17,755 bases of DNA from Candidatus Krumholzibacteriia bacterium (GCA_046484865.1 JAWOID010000001.1:1-17755); one strand, 5' to 3'. Counted from the stretch's first letter, positions 6,760 to 15,224 are shown. The notes: a model not told the origin generated them from the sequence alone. Program-made: numbers and translations.

Positions 6760-8247
6760 TCAGGAGCGGGGCCGGTCTTCCGCCAGTTCCCGTTGCAGTT
6801 CGGCCAGCCGCGCCCGCAGGGGGTAATCGGGGTCGGCTGCCGCGAGGGCCTGCTCCAGCCCCCGCGCGAACTGCCTCGCCTGGTCGCGCTGGTCGAGGGC
6901 GAGGCTGGCTTCGGCCGCCAGCGCGAGCGACCGCAGCTGACGCGGATTCTCCTGCAGGATCTCCGACACCACGACCAGGGCCGGCTGCGGCTCGCCCGTT
7001 TCCAGCAGGCAGCTGGCGTACTGCTCGCGAGTGAAGCGCAGGTCGTGGGCTGCGGTGACGGGACCGAGCAGGTCCAGCGCCCGCGCCCAGTGCTCCCGGG
7101 CGCCGGCCAGGTCGCCGCGGCTCTCGCACAGCAGCGCGTTCAGCTGCGCCTCCGTGCTGGCGACCTTGCGCGCCACCCGGGCCGCATCCCTTCCCTCCGC
7201 TGCCGCTCGCCAGGCAGTCAGGGCGCTGTCCATGAGCGCCTGGGCCGCCTCGCCGCGGCCCTGGTGGGTCAAGCTCAAGCCCCGGTAGAAGATGGACTGC
7301 GGGCGGTCCTGGTAACGGACCACGTATTCCGCGGCCGTGGCCTCGAGCGGCTCCCAGAGCTCGTGCGTGTAGTAGGTGCCGATGGCCAGCTCGAAGACCT
7401 CCGCCTCGAAGACGGTGCCGGCGGTCATCTCGCGCAGCTTCTCCAGCAGGTCGGTGCCCCGCTGCAACTCGCCGCGCGCCAGGTACACCCGCGCCAGGTT
7501 GAAGTGTGACGCCAGGAATCGGGGCTGCTTGGAGAGCGCCTTGCGGAACTCCTGCTCGGCCTCCTCGTAGCGCCCCAGGTGCATCAGCACCTCGCCCAGG
7601 GAGTCGTGCGGATTGGCGAGGTCAGGGGCCAGGAAAGCGTACCGCCGCAAGAGCCGGACCGCCTCCTCGTGTTCGCCCCGGTGGAAGGCCAGGTAACCCA
7701 GCTCGTTGTAGGCAGTGGCGTGGTTGGGATTGCGCTCGATGATCCGGCGCCACAGGCGCTCCAGCTCCGCGGTCTCGTTCTGCGCCTTGAGCTGTTGCAT
7801 GCGCGCCAGCAGCACCTCGGGATCGTCCGGGCGCGTCTCCATCATCAGCGCGAGCAGGGAGTCCCGGTCGGCGGCGTGCTCGCCGAGGCCGTAGGTGGCC
7901 AGACGCAGCTGGACCAGCGCGCGGCGGTCCGGTCGGGGGTCGCTCCGGGCTAGGCTGTCGGCGCGCGCGGCCAGCAGTGCGGCCTGTTCGCGGTGTCCCT
8001 GCCGGGCACGGGTGAGCGCCAAGGCGGCGGCGGCCATCGCGAAACCGGGGTCCTGCTCGAGAGCCTCGCGCAAGCGCGCGTCGGCCTGCTCGAGTTGCAG
8101 GGCGTAGAAGTGGTCGTTGCCCTCGAGATAGAGCTCGCGGGCCACCGGGTCGTCGGTGCCGAGGTCCGGCTCGGCCGACCGGTTCATCACCACCCCGAGC
8201 GACACGATGGCGACGGCGACCACGAGGATGACGGCGAGCTTGCGCAA
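6760..8247 (-). CDS. Exported or membrane-anchored TPR-repeat protein (495 aa), paralog 1
   Basis: TTG start after GGGAGAG. N-terminal MRKL plus hydrophobic segment. TPR units such as AYNELGYLAFHRGEHEEAVRLLRRYAFLAP and PHDSLGEVLMHLGRYEEAEQEFRKAL. Confidence 0.88.
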   Translation of the reverse strand: MRKLAVILVVAVAIVSLGVVMNRSAEPDLGTDDPVARELYLEGNDHFYALQLEQADARLREALEQDPGFAMAAAALALTRARQGHREQAALLAARADSLARSDPRPDRRALVQLRLATYGLGEHAADRDSLLALMMETRPDDPEVLLARMQQLKAQNETAELERLWRRIIERNPNHATAYNELGYLAFHRGEHEEAVRLLRRYAFLAPDLANPHDSLGEVLMHLGRYEEAEQEFRKALSKQPRFLASHFNLARVYLARGELQRGTDLLEKLREMTAGTVFEAEVFELAIGTYYTHELWEPLEATAAEYVVRYQDRPQSIFYRGLSLTHQGRGEAAQALMDSALTAWRAAAEGRDAARVARKVASTEAQLNALLCESRGDLAGAREHWARALDLLGPVTAAHDLRFTREQYASCLLETGEPQPALVVVSEILQENPRQLRSLALAAEASLALDQRDQARQFARGLEQALAAADPDYPLRARLAELQRELAEDRPRS

Positions 8248-8400
8248 ACGACTCTCCCGGAAGGCGATCGGCCGCAGCTGCGGTGAACCAGCCCCACGCC
8301 CGGCCGCGAGTTCGGTGCTCGCCGCGGGGGCGCGGGCCTGGACGCGTCTGTCCGAACTCGTTCTTACGCAGCCGAGCCGGAGAAGTTTCGGACATGGGGG

Positions 8401-8540
8401 GTCAGCGCGGGGGCGTCGGCGCGGCCTCAGCGCAGGATCAGCGCGGCGCTGGCGCGCGGGGTCAGCGGCGTCAGTGTGACGTCAGCGCACATCAGCGCGG
8501 GGCGACAGCGCGGCATCGGAGCGGGGCGGCGTGGGCGCGG
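8401..8540. repeat. Degenerate 9-14 bp tandem repeat (consensus TCAGCGCGGCG), about 10 units, intergenic
   Basis: Units visible in order: tcagcgcggggg, tcggcgcggcc, tcagcgcagga, tcagcgcggcg, tcagcggcg, tcagtgtgacg, tcagcgcaca, tcagcgcgggg, acagcgcggca. Confidence 0.7.
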
Positions 8541-8547
8541 CGGCTCA

Positions 8548-10020
8548 TCACGGCGGCGGGGCCTCGCCCAGCGACTGGCGCAACTCCTCGGCCGCCTGCC
8601 GGAGCGGGAAGTCGGGATCCGCCCTGGCGACGGCCTTCTCCAGGGCCGGCAGGTAGCGACGCGCCTGCTCGGGCTGGTCCAGGGCCAGATGCGCGCGGGC
8701 GGCGGCCAGCAACGGGTAGGGCAGGCTCGCGTTCACCTCCAGCACCGGCTGCAATTGCTCCAGCGACTCGGCCGGACGCCCCAGCTCCAGAAAAGCGGTG
8801 GCCAGCCGCTCTCGTGCGTAGCGGCGCTGGTGTTCCGGGAGGTGGGCCTCGCGCTCGAGGATCGACTGCCACTTCCGGGCGGCCTCGGCCCAGTCGCCGC
8901 GTAGCTCCGCAGCGACGCCGGCAAACCGCTCGCGGGCGGTCTCCACGCGCACGCGGTAGCTGCTTTCCTGGTACTTCGGCTGCTCGCGCCAGGCGGTCAC
9001 CGCCGAATCCATCACCGCCTGCGCTTCCTGCGGCCGGCGTGCCACCAGGATCATGGCGCGATAGTAGGCGCTGCTGTCGTCGTCCGGATAGTTGCTCACG
9101 TACTGGCGGCAGGCGCGCTCCAGGTCGCTCATGAGACGATTCACGAAGTAGGTCTCGATCAGCACCTGGTCCACCTGCCGGGCGATGGCGGTGCCCTCGG
9201 TCTGGCGCCGCAGTTCCTCCAGCAACGCCACACCCTCGTCCAGCTGGCCGCGCGCGAGGAACAGGCGCCCCAGGTTCAGGATGGAGTAGAAGAAGTCGGG
9301 CTGCTTGGCCAGCGCCCTGCGGAACTCGTCCTCGGCCTCGTCGAAGCGGCCGATGATCATCAGCACCTCGCCCAGGGAGTCGTGCGGGTTGGCCAGGTCC
9401 GGGGCGATGAACGCGTACTTGCGCATCAGCGACACGGCCTCGTCGTAGCGGCCCCGGTACAGCGCGATGTAGCCCAGATGGTTGTATGCTCCCGCGTGGT
9501 TGGGGTGCGCCTCGAGAAGACGCCGCCAGAGCCTCTCCACCTCGGCGGTGTCACCGTCGCGATCGGCGCCACCGGCCCGGGTCTGCAGCACCAGCAGGTG
9601 GAGCGAGTCGGTCTCCTGGGCGAGGGCGAGCAGCGAGTCCTGGTCGTCCCGGAAGCGCGACAGCGGGTGGTTGCTGAGCCAGAGCTGGGTGAGGACGCGC
9701 AGGCGACGATCGTCGGTGCGAGTCGCCAGCGAATCGGCCCGCTGCAGGGCCGGCTCGTAGGCGTCGTCCCGGCCGAGTCGGCGGGCCAGCTCGGCGAGTG
9801 CCGTGGCCGCCATGGCGTGCTCGGGATCCAGTTCCATGGCGGTGCCCAGCTCCTGCTCCGCCTGCGGGTACTGGAAGGCGAACAGGTGCTCCAGCCCCCG
9901 CTGGAATCGCTTCTCGGCGGCGGCCCGATCGCGCTTCTCCGGCCCATCGGCGCGGTCGGTGGCCAGCCCCACCATGATGAGGACGCCGGCAACGCCGAGT
10001 GCCAGCCAGATCTTCCTCAC
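8548..10020 (-). CDS. Exported or membrane-anchored TPR-repeat protein (490 aa), paralog 2
   Basis: GTG start overlaps the phosphatase stop (GTGA) and follows GGAGGT. N-terminal MRKIW plus hydrophobic helix. Shares APDLANPHDSLGEVLM exactly with paralog 1. Confidence 0.88.
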   Translation of the reverse strand: MRKIWLALGVAGVLIMVGLATDRADGPEKRDRAAAEKRFQRGLEHLFAFQYPQAEQELGTAMELDPEHAMAATALAELARRLGRDDAYEPALQRADSLATRTDDRRLRVLTQLWLSNHPLSRFRDDQDSLLALAQETDSLHLLVLQTRAGGADRDGDTAEVERLWRRLLEAHPNHAGAYNHLGYIALYRGRYDEAVSLMRKYAFIAPDLANPHDSLGEVLMIIGRFDEAEDEFRRALAKQPDFFYSILNLGRLFLARGQLDEGVALLEELRRQTEGTAIARQVDQVLIETYFVNRLMSDLERACRQYVSNYPDDDSSAYYRAMILVARRPQEAQAVMDSAVTAWREQPKYQESSYRVRVETARERFAGVAAELRGDWAEAARKWQSILEREAHLPEHQRRYARERLATAFLELGRPAESLEQLQPVLEVNASLPYPLLAAARAHLALDQPEQARRYLPALEKAVARADPDFPLRQAAEELRQSLGEAPPP

Positions 10021-12638
10021 CCGGCACCTCCCGTGCTCACGTGTGCCGTCGCCTCGGCGACGGCACCGGTGAACTTCATGCAGATGAGCGTGATGTCGTC
10101 CTCGGGTTCGACCTTGCCGCGGAAGCTGCGCAGCTCCTCGTGCAGCCGTTCGATCAGTTCCGAGCCGGTCAGCTCGCAGTGCTCGCGCAGGAAGGCGTTG
10201 AGGCGATCCTCACCGTACTCCAGGATCGCCTCCGGATCGTGGGTCTCGGTCAGGCCGTCGGTGTAGAGGAAGAGCAGGTCGCCCGCCTCGAGCGAGACCT
10301 CGCCCTCCTCGTACTCGCCGAAGTCGAAGGCGCCCAGCGGCAGACCGCCTTTCTCCAGCAACTCCACCGTGCCGTCGGCGCGCAGCAGGACCGGGGCGTT
10401 GTGACCGCCCGAGCTGTAGACCACCCGGCGGGTGCGGGGGTCGAGGAACAAAAGGAACAGCGTGGCGAAATGCTGCGGGTCGGTGGTGGCGTGCATCTGG
10501 CGGTTGATGCGGGCGAGGATCCGGCCCGGGGAATCGGTGACGTCGCACTGGGCCCGCAGGGCGGCCTGCAGATTCGACGCCAGCAGCGACGCGGGCATGC
10601 CCTTACCGCTGACGTCGGCGATGACCACCGCCAGCTTCCCGTCCTCCCGCTCGATCATGTCGTAGTAGTCGCCCGACACCAGCTTGCTCGACATGTTCGC
10701 CGCGTGGATGTCCACGCCCTGGAGCTGCGGCAGCCGGGCCGGGAGCAGCCGGCTCTGGATGGCCCGCGCCATGGCCATCTCCTCCTCGAGCTTCTGCTTG
10801 GTCACCTCTTCCTCGTAGAGGCGCGCGTTCTCCACCTGCAGGGCCATCTGCCCGGCCACGATCGTCAGCAGCCGGAGTTCGTGCAGCGGATAGGCCTCGC
10901 GGCCCTGCTTGGCGGGCAGCGCCATGAGGCCGACCAGCCTGCCGCCGCTGGCCAGCGGCACCAGCAGCGCCACGCCGCCGGCCGCCAGCTCGCGCTGCTC
11001 GGCCACGCGGGCGGTCAGTTCCGCCTGCTCGCGGGTGATGGCCTCGGCCAGGCCCGGGTCCTCGGCGTCGGCGTCCACCCAGAACGGCTCGCCGCGCTGC
11101 TGGATGGCGCGGGCGATGGCGTCCAGCACCACCTCGTCGAGCGTGATCTGCCGGGGATTCATCCCGCCAATGGCGTGCGCGGCATGGTTGGGGTTCTGGG
11201 CGCGCTCGACGCAGCGCCAGCGCACCCCGTCCTCCGCCGGCAGGAAGAACGCGATGCAGGGGATCTCGAGCACGGTGGTGAGGCGTTCGCCCACCCGCGC
11301 GAAGAGTTGCTCGCGCTGGATGATGCGGGGGATCTCGCGCCCGATCTCCTCGAGGACCTCGCCCAGCGCGGTGCGCGAGCGATAGAACCGCCGCTCCAGC
11401 ACCGCCTGCAGGCGCGCCCGCACCGGCCACAGCATCGCGGCGATCGCCAGCGTGGCGCCCACCGACACCAGCGGACTCGTCGTACCGGTGATCGCCAGGG
11501 CCTGACCACCGATCCACAGCACCACCGACAGGAACGTGAACAGCAGCAGCGCCGAGAGGAAGCCGTAGAGCAGGCTGCGCTTGATCAGCAGATCGATCTG
11601 CAGGACCTGGTAGCGCGCCACGCAGTAGCCGAACGAGACGGGGATCGCCGCCAGGGGGATCACGCCCAGGTGCGCCAGGGTCGCGCGGTCGGATAGCTCC
11701 TCGAGCCCGATCTTGAACACCAGGAACGGCACCACCGCCACCAGGGTGCCGACGGTCAGGATCCGCACGCGCTCGCGCAGCAACGGGTCGCGGTAGCTGA
11801 AGTAGCCGTGCAGCAGGGCCACGAGCCCGGCCACGTAGTAGAGGCCCAGCACGATCCAGATGGTGGGGCCGATGCTCGCGCCCTGGCGGCCGACGAGCTG
11901 GTCCAGAGTGAAGCGCACGTAGAACATGCTGGGCAGCAGGTAGGGCAGCGGTGACAGGAACGGATGGCGCGTGAGGAAGCGCTTCTCCTGGGGGAAGACC
12001 AGGAAGAAATGGACGAAGAGCGCGGGCAGGAAGAACCGCACGAAGGCGCCCACGTTCTGCGTGAGGAGGTCGCCCCAGAAGTAGCGCGATTCGTCCAGGT
12101 TCGTCATGAAGTACATGCCGAACAGCAGGCACAGCAGGAAGAAGAGCCGCGCCGGACGCTCGTTGCGACTGCGAAGGTAGACCAGGAAGCCGATCGTGAA
12201 GTAGACGAGCGTCAGGACGACGTTGACCAGATAGGGCACGCCCACCACCCGGGAAGCCGCCAGCGGCACCGGCACCTCGAACTGCCGCCCCTGCCGCTCG
12301 ATCAGGTAGCTGACGCTGGTGCCCGGCGGCTGTCGCTTGAGCTGTTCCGCGGCGGCGGCGGCCGATTCCACCAGGCGGTGGCCGATGCCGAGGATGCGGT
12401 CTCCCGGCTGCAGGGGTGTACGCTCGGGATTGCGTGAGTCGACCACCCGGAGCACCTGCAGCTCGGCACGCCCCAGCAGCCACTCCGTCCCGTCGCTGGG
12501 CCTGGTGCGGGCTGCGTCGATGCCGGCGAACACCACGAAGCCCACGGCGAGCACGCCGAGAGCCAGGTGCAGGCCGCGGGACGCCAGCGCGCCGAGCAGG
12601 CCCGAGAGGGGAGTACTGTCTGGACGCACAGGCGGCAT
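10017..12638 (-). CDS. Membrane sensor Ser/Thr phosphatase: N-terminal TM, PDZ-like domain, about 9 further TM helices, GAF, SpoIIE/PP2C (RsbU-like), 873 aa
   Basis: PP2C motifs SGDYYD, IADVSGKG, FATL, SGGHN, YTDGLTE and DDIT. GAF signature LLVPL..GGRLVGLM...LLTIVAGQMALQVENARL. PDZ-like LQPGDRILGIG. Long hydrophobic block between PDZ and GAF. Confidence 0.92.
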   Translation of the reverse strand: MPPVRPDSTPLSGLLGALASRGLHLALGVLAVGFVVFAGIDAARTRPSDGTEWLLGRAELQVLRVVDSRNPERTPLQPGDRILGIGHRLVESAAAAAEQLKRQPPGTSVSYLIERQGRQFEVPVPLAASRVVGVPYLVNVVLTLVYFTIGFLVYLRSRNERPARLFFLLCLLFGMYFMTNLDESRYFWGDLLTQNVGAFVRFFLPALFVHFFLVFPQEKRFLTRHPFLSPLPYLLPSMFYVRFTLDQLVGRQGASIGPTIWIVLGLYYVAGLVALLHGYFSYRDPLLRERVRILTVGTLVAVVPFLVFKIGLEELSDRATLAHLGVIPLAAIPVSFGYCVARYQVLQIDLLIKRSLLYGFLSALLLFTFLSVVLWIGGQALAITGTTSPLVSVGATLAIAAMLWPVRARLQAVLERRFYRSRTALGEVLEEIGREIPRIIQREQLFARVGERLTTVLEIPCIAFFLPAEDGVRWRCVERAQNPNHAAHAIGGMNPRQITLDEVVLDAIARAIQQRGEPFWVDADAEDPGLAEAITREQAELTARVAEQRELAAGGVALLVPLASGGRLVGLMALPAKQGREAYPLHELRLLTIVAGQMALQVENARLYEEEVTKQKLEEEMAMARAIQSRLLPARLPQLQGVDIHAANMSSKLVSGDYYDMIEREDGKLAVVIADVSGKGMPASLLASNLQAALRAQCDVTDSPGRILARINRQMHATTDPQHFATLFLLFLDPRTRRVVYSSGGHNAPVLLRADGTVELLEKGGLPLGAFDFGEYEEGEVSLEAGDLLFLYTDGLTETHDPEAILEYGEDRLNAFLREHCELTGSELIERLHEELRSFRGKVEPEDDITLICMKFTGAVAEATAHVSTGGAG

Positions 12639-12953
12639 ATCGCTCCGTCAGCGTCGGCATGTCCTGGCGTCGGGGGCGGTTCCTCGCCACTGAGCAGTCC
12701 CGGTGATACCGGGGCGGCGGCTCCCGGTTCCCCGCAGGCGGTTCGAGGGCCCTCGCGCGCGGCGGAGTATACTTCGCCCTGCGCTCGCCACGCCAGGATA
12801 GACGCTCGGGTTCCGGATACGGTTGCAATCGAACCGGCCAGACTGCGGCTGAACCGGAGCTGCTGCCCTGCCGCCCGGCCGCCCGGCGCCCGCTGCCGTC
12901 CGCGCCGCAACCGCCGCCCGCGCCGCCGCCGCGCCGCTAGCGCTGCAGCCGCT

Positions 12954-13005
12954 CCGCCGCTCCGCCGCCCGCCGCTCCGCCGCCCGCCGCTCAGCCGCCC
13001 GCCGC
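12954..13005. repeat. 15-bp tandem repeat CCGCCGCTCCGCCGC, about 3.5 copies, in a CCG-rich intergenic tract
   Basis: Copies at 12954, 12969, 12984 (1 mismatch) and a partial copy at 12999. Confidence 0.8.
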
Positions 13006-13086
13006 AGTCCCTTGCGCCGCGCGGCCTGAAGCATGATCCTGATCGTCTGCGGCGTGTACCACGGAGCGCGAACCGAAGGACGCATC

Positions 13087-13938
13087 ATGACGGAACAGGA
13101 TGGCGGCGGGGTCGGAGCGACTCTGCCCGAGATCGAGCGCCAGATGGTCGGCTGGGCCGAGGAGGCTGCCGAGATCGCTCGCGAACAGTTCCTGCACACC
13201 GGCAAGCTGCGGTTCAAGCACGCCCGCGAAGCGGTCACCGAGACCGATCGGGAGATCGAGACCCTGCTGACGCAACGCATTCGCACCGCGTTTCCCGGGG
13301 ACGCCGTCTTCGGCGAGGAGTTCGGCCCCGACGCCAGCATCGCCGCCGACGCCCGCCGGGACCGACCGCCCGGCCGGATCTGGCACCTCGATCCCATCGA
13401 CGGCACGCTGAACTTCGCGGTCGGTCTGCCCAATTTCTGCACGAGCATCGCGCTGATGGAGGGCGACACGATTCTCGCCGCGTGCGTGTACGCCCCGCTG
13501 CATCGCGAGGGCTTCAGCGCCAGCCGGGGCGCCGGATGCCGTCTGAACGGGCTTCCGCTGCAGGTGAGCGATCGGCCGACGCTGCCCGACGCGATCATCA
13601 GCGCCCAGCTCCAGAAGGGCGGCCGTTACGTGCAGAATGCGGAGCTGCTCAAGGCCATCCTGCTGCGCAGCATGAAGATGCGCAGGCTCGGCACCATCGC
13701 CCTGGAGATGGCGTACCTGGCCGCCGGGCGCTTCGACGCGATGATCGCCGGCCGCGGCCGTCCGCAGCAGCTCTACGACGTGGCTGCGGGCATCTTGCTG
13801 GTGCAGGAAGCCGGCGGCCGCGTGACCGACCACCATGGCCGAGCCTACGTTCCCTACTCCACCGACCTCGTCGCGAGCAACGCCCTGGTCCACGACGAAC
13901 TGATCCGCCTGATCGCGGAGTTCGAGCCGGGCTCCTGA
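13087..13938 (+). CDS. Inositol monophosphatase family protein (SuhB/HisN-like)
   Basis: ATG 13087 after GAAGGA. Motifs VTETDREIE, FGEE, LDPIDGTLNF, RRLGTIALEMAYLAAGRFD and YDVAAG. Confidence 0.9.
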   Translation: MTEQDGGGVGATLPEIERQMVGWAEEAAEIAREQFLHTGKLRFKHAREAVTETDREIETLLTQRIRTAFPGDAVFGEEFGPDASIAADARRDRPPGRIWHLDPIDGTLNFAVGLPNFCTSIALMEGDTILAACVYAPLHREGFSASRGAGCRLNGLPLQVSDRPTLPDAIISAQLQKGGRYVQNAELLKAILLRSMKMRRLGTIALEMAYLAAGRFDAMIAGRGRPQQLYDVAAGILLVQEAGGRVTDHHGRAYVPYSTDLVASNALVHDELIRLIAEFEPGS

Positions 13939-14040
13939 CGAGCCGGGTGGAATCGCCATCCGGACACTCCGCCTCGGCGCCTCCGGCGACCACCAGATCG
14001 CTCCGCCCCCCGCGCCCCGCCTGCCGCCGGGTCGACGCTC

Positions 14041-14192
14041 GAAAGAGGACGGAAATCGTTGTGCACCCGGGTACACCGGGTCGAGCAACCGGGGTGGGCC
14101 GGATCGACGAGCAACCGGCCCCGCTCTGAAGCACGGCGGTACTGGGCGGGAAATAGGACGGAAACCGTTGTGCACCCGGGTACACAGGGCCG
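14041..14192. repeat. Two 43-bp direct repeats (period 109 bp) with a near-palindromic core
   Basis: 14041-14083 gaaagaggacggaaatcgttgtgcacccgggtacaccgggtcg and 14150-14192 gaaataggacggaaaccgttgtgcacccgggtacacagggccg differ at 4 of 43 positions. Core GTGcACCCGGGTaCAC. Confidence 0.9.
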
Positions 14193-14597
14193 TCTGCGTC
14201 GGTCGCCGTCGCTGGTTGTCCGCGCCGCTCTAGGTTCGGGGCTTCACCCCAATCCTCGAACGGTAGCTCCCCATTGGATGGACTTCTGGACCGTGGCAAT
14301 CCCGAGACCGAGACGATGCCCGTGCCGTGCGTATGGCGCAACGACGCCGGTTCCGCGGGTGAACCGGGCCCGTCGCTGTTCACGGGCGCTCGGGGCCCGT
14401 CGCCACTCGTCGCCACTCCTGCGGGCTCTCCAGTCATAATGGGCGATCCGGGGCGCCGGAAGGCGGGACCAAGCGGTTGAATTTCTTCCCTCAATTTCAT
14501 TCCCCCGTGGTAGGGTTACCGGTCGGAGGTGGCTCGCCATGCCGCCCCCCTCGTCCCTTGACTCGACTCTCGGCAATCAGCCGTGGAGGTTGACGTG

Positions 14598-15224
14598 ATG
14601 AGGATGAAGACGATGTCCTGGCTGGTCCTGCTCGTGTCACTGCTGCTGGTCGGCTCCGTGCACGCGCAGCTCGCAGCCTACTGGATTCCCAACGCGGGGT
14701 GCCTCGAGTCGTTCGACGATGGATGGAGATACACGCGTCAGGCCGGGTTGCCGCTGATGATCCAGGTCGAGTCGCTGGAGTGCGTCGAGGGGGAATACTA
14801 CGAGCTGGACGGAGCGGGAGATCTCTGCCACGCAAGATTGACCTCGTACTGCCCCGCGACCTCCCATGACGAATTCTGGAGCACCTACACGCCAGCCCTG
14901 AAAATCCTCGATTATCCCTTGACGACCGACAAGACCTGGACGGCTCAGGCGTCGTGGCAATCGAGCGACGGCGGTCTCGCCCGCACCACGTACCTGACCG
15001 GCACCGTGGTCGGTCCGCGGGTGGTCGAGACGGGCATCGGAGCGCTGCCGGTGATCGAGGTGACCTTGAACTACGTATCGTCCGGCAGCGCACCGAGCGG
15101 AACCCGGACGTGGTACCTGCACGAGCAGCTCGGCAGGGTCAACGACCTCGTCTCCGTCACCGATTGCGCTCCCGTGGCGGCGAGCGGTCCCAGCTGGAGC
15201 GGGGTGAAAACGATCTATCGGTGA
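14598..15224 (+). CDS. Secreted hypothetical beta-rich protein (208 aa) with C-terminal SWSGVKTIYR motif
   Basis: GGAGGT RBS at 14585-14590. Signal peptide MRMKTMSWLVLLVSLLLVGSVHA. Motifs ILDYPLTTDKTW, VVETGIGALPVIEV and TWYLHEQLGRV resemble DUF3108-like periplasmic beta-sheet proteins (tentative). Confidence 0.8.
   Translation: MRMKTMSWLVLLVSLLLVGSVHAQLAAYWIPNAGCLESFDDGWRYTRQAGLPLMIQVESLECVEGEYYELDGAGDLCHARLTSYCPATSHDEFWSTYTPALKILDYPLTTDKTWTAQASWQSSDGGLARTTYLTGTVVGPRVVETGIGALPVIEVTLNYVSSGSAPSGTRTWYLHEQLGRVNDLVSVTDCAPVAASGPSWSGVKTIYR

Noticed and set aside
12780..12795. Sigma54-like GG-N10-GC spacing on the minus strand upstream of the phosphatase gene
   Set aside because: It lacks the TGGCAC/TTGC context, and this spacing is frequent by chance in GC-rich DNA.
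14170..14186. PpsR/CrtJ box (TGT-N12-ACA)
   Set aside because: The pattern is met only in copy 2, it is very short, and there are no photosynthesis genes or matching lineage context.
14041..14192. CRISPR array
   Set aside because: Only two repeats, a 66-bp spacer with internal repeats, no cas genes in the window and no recognisable CRISPR repeat ends. Kept as an unexplained repeat.
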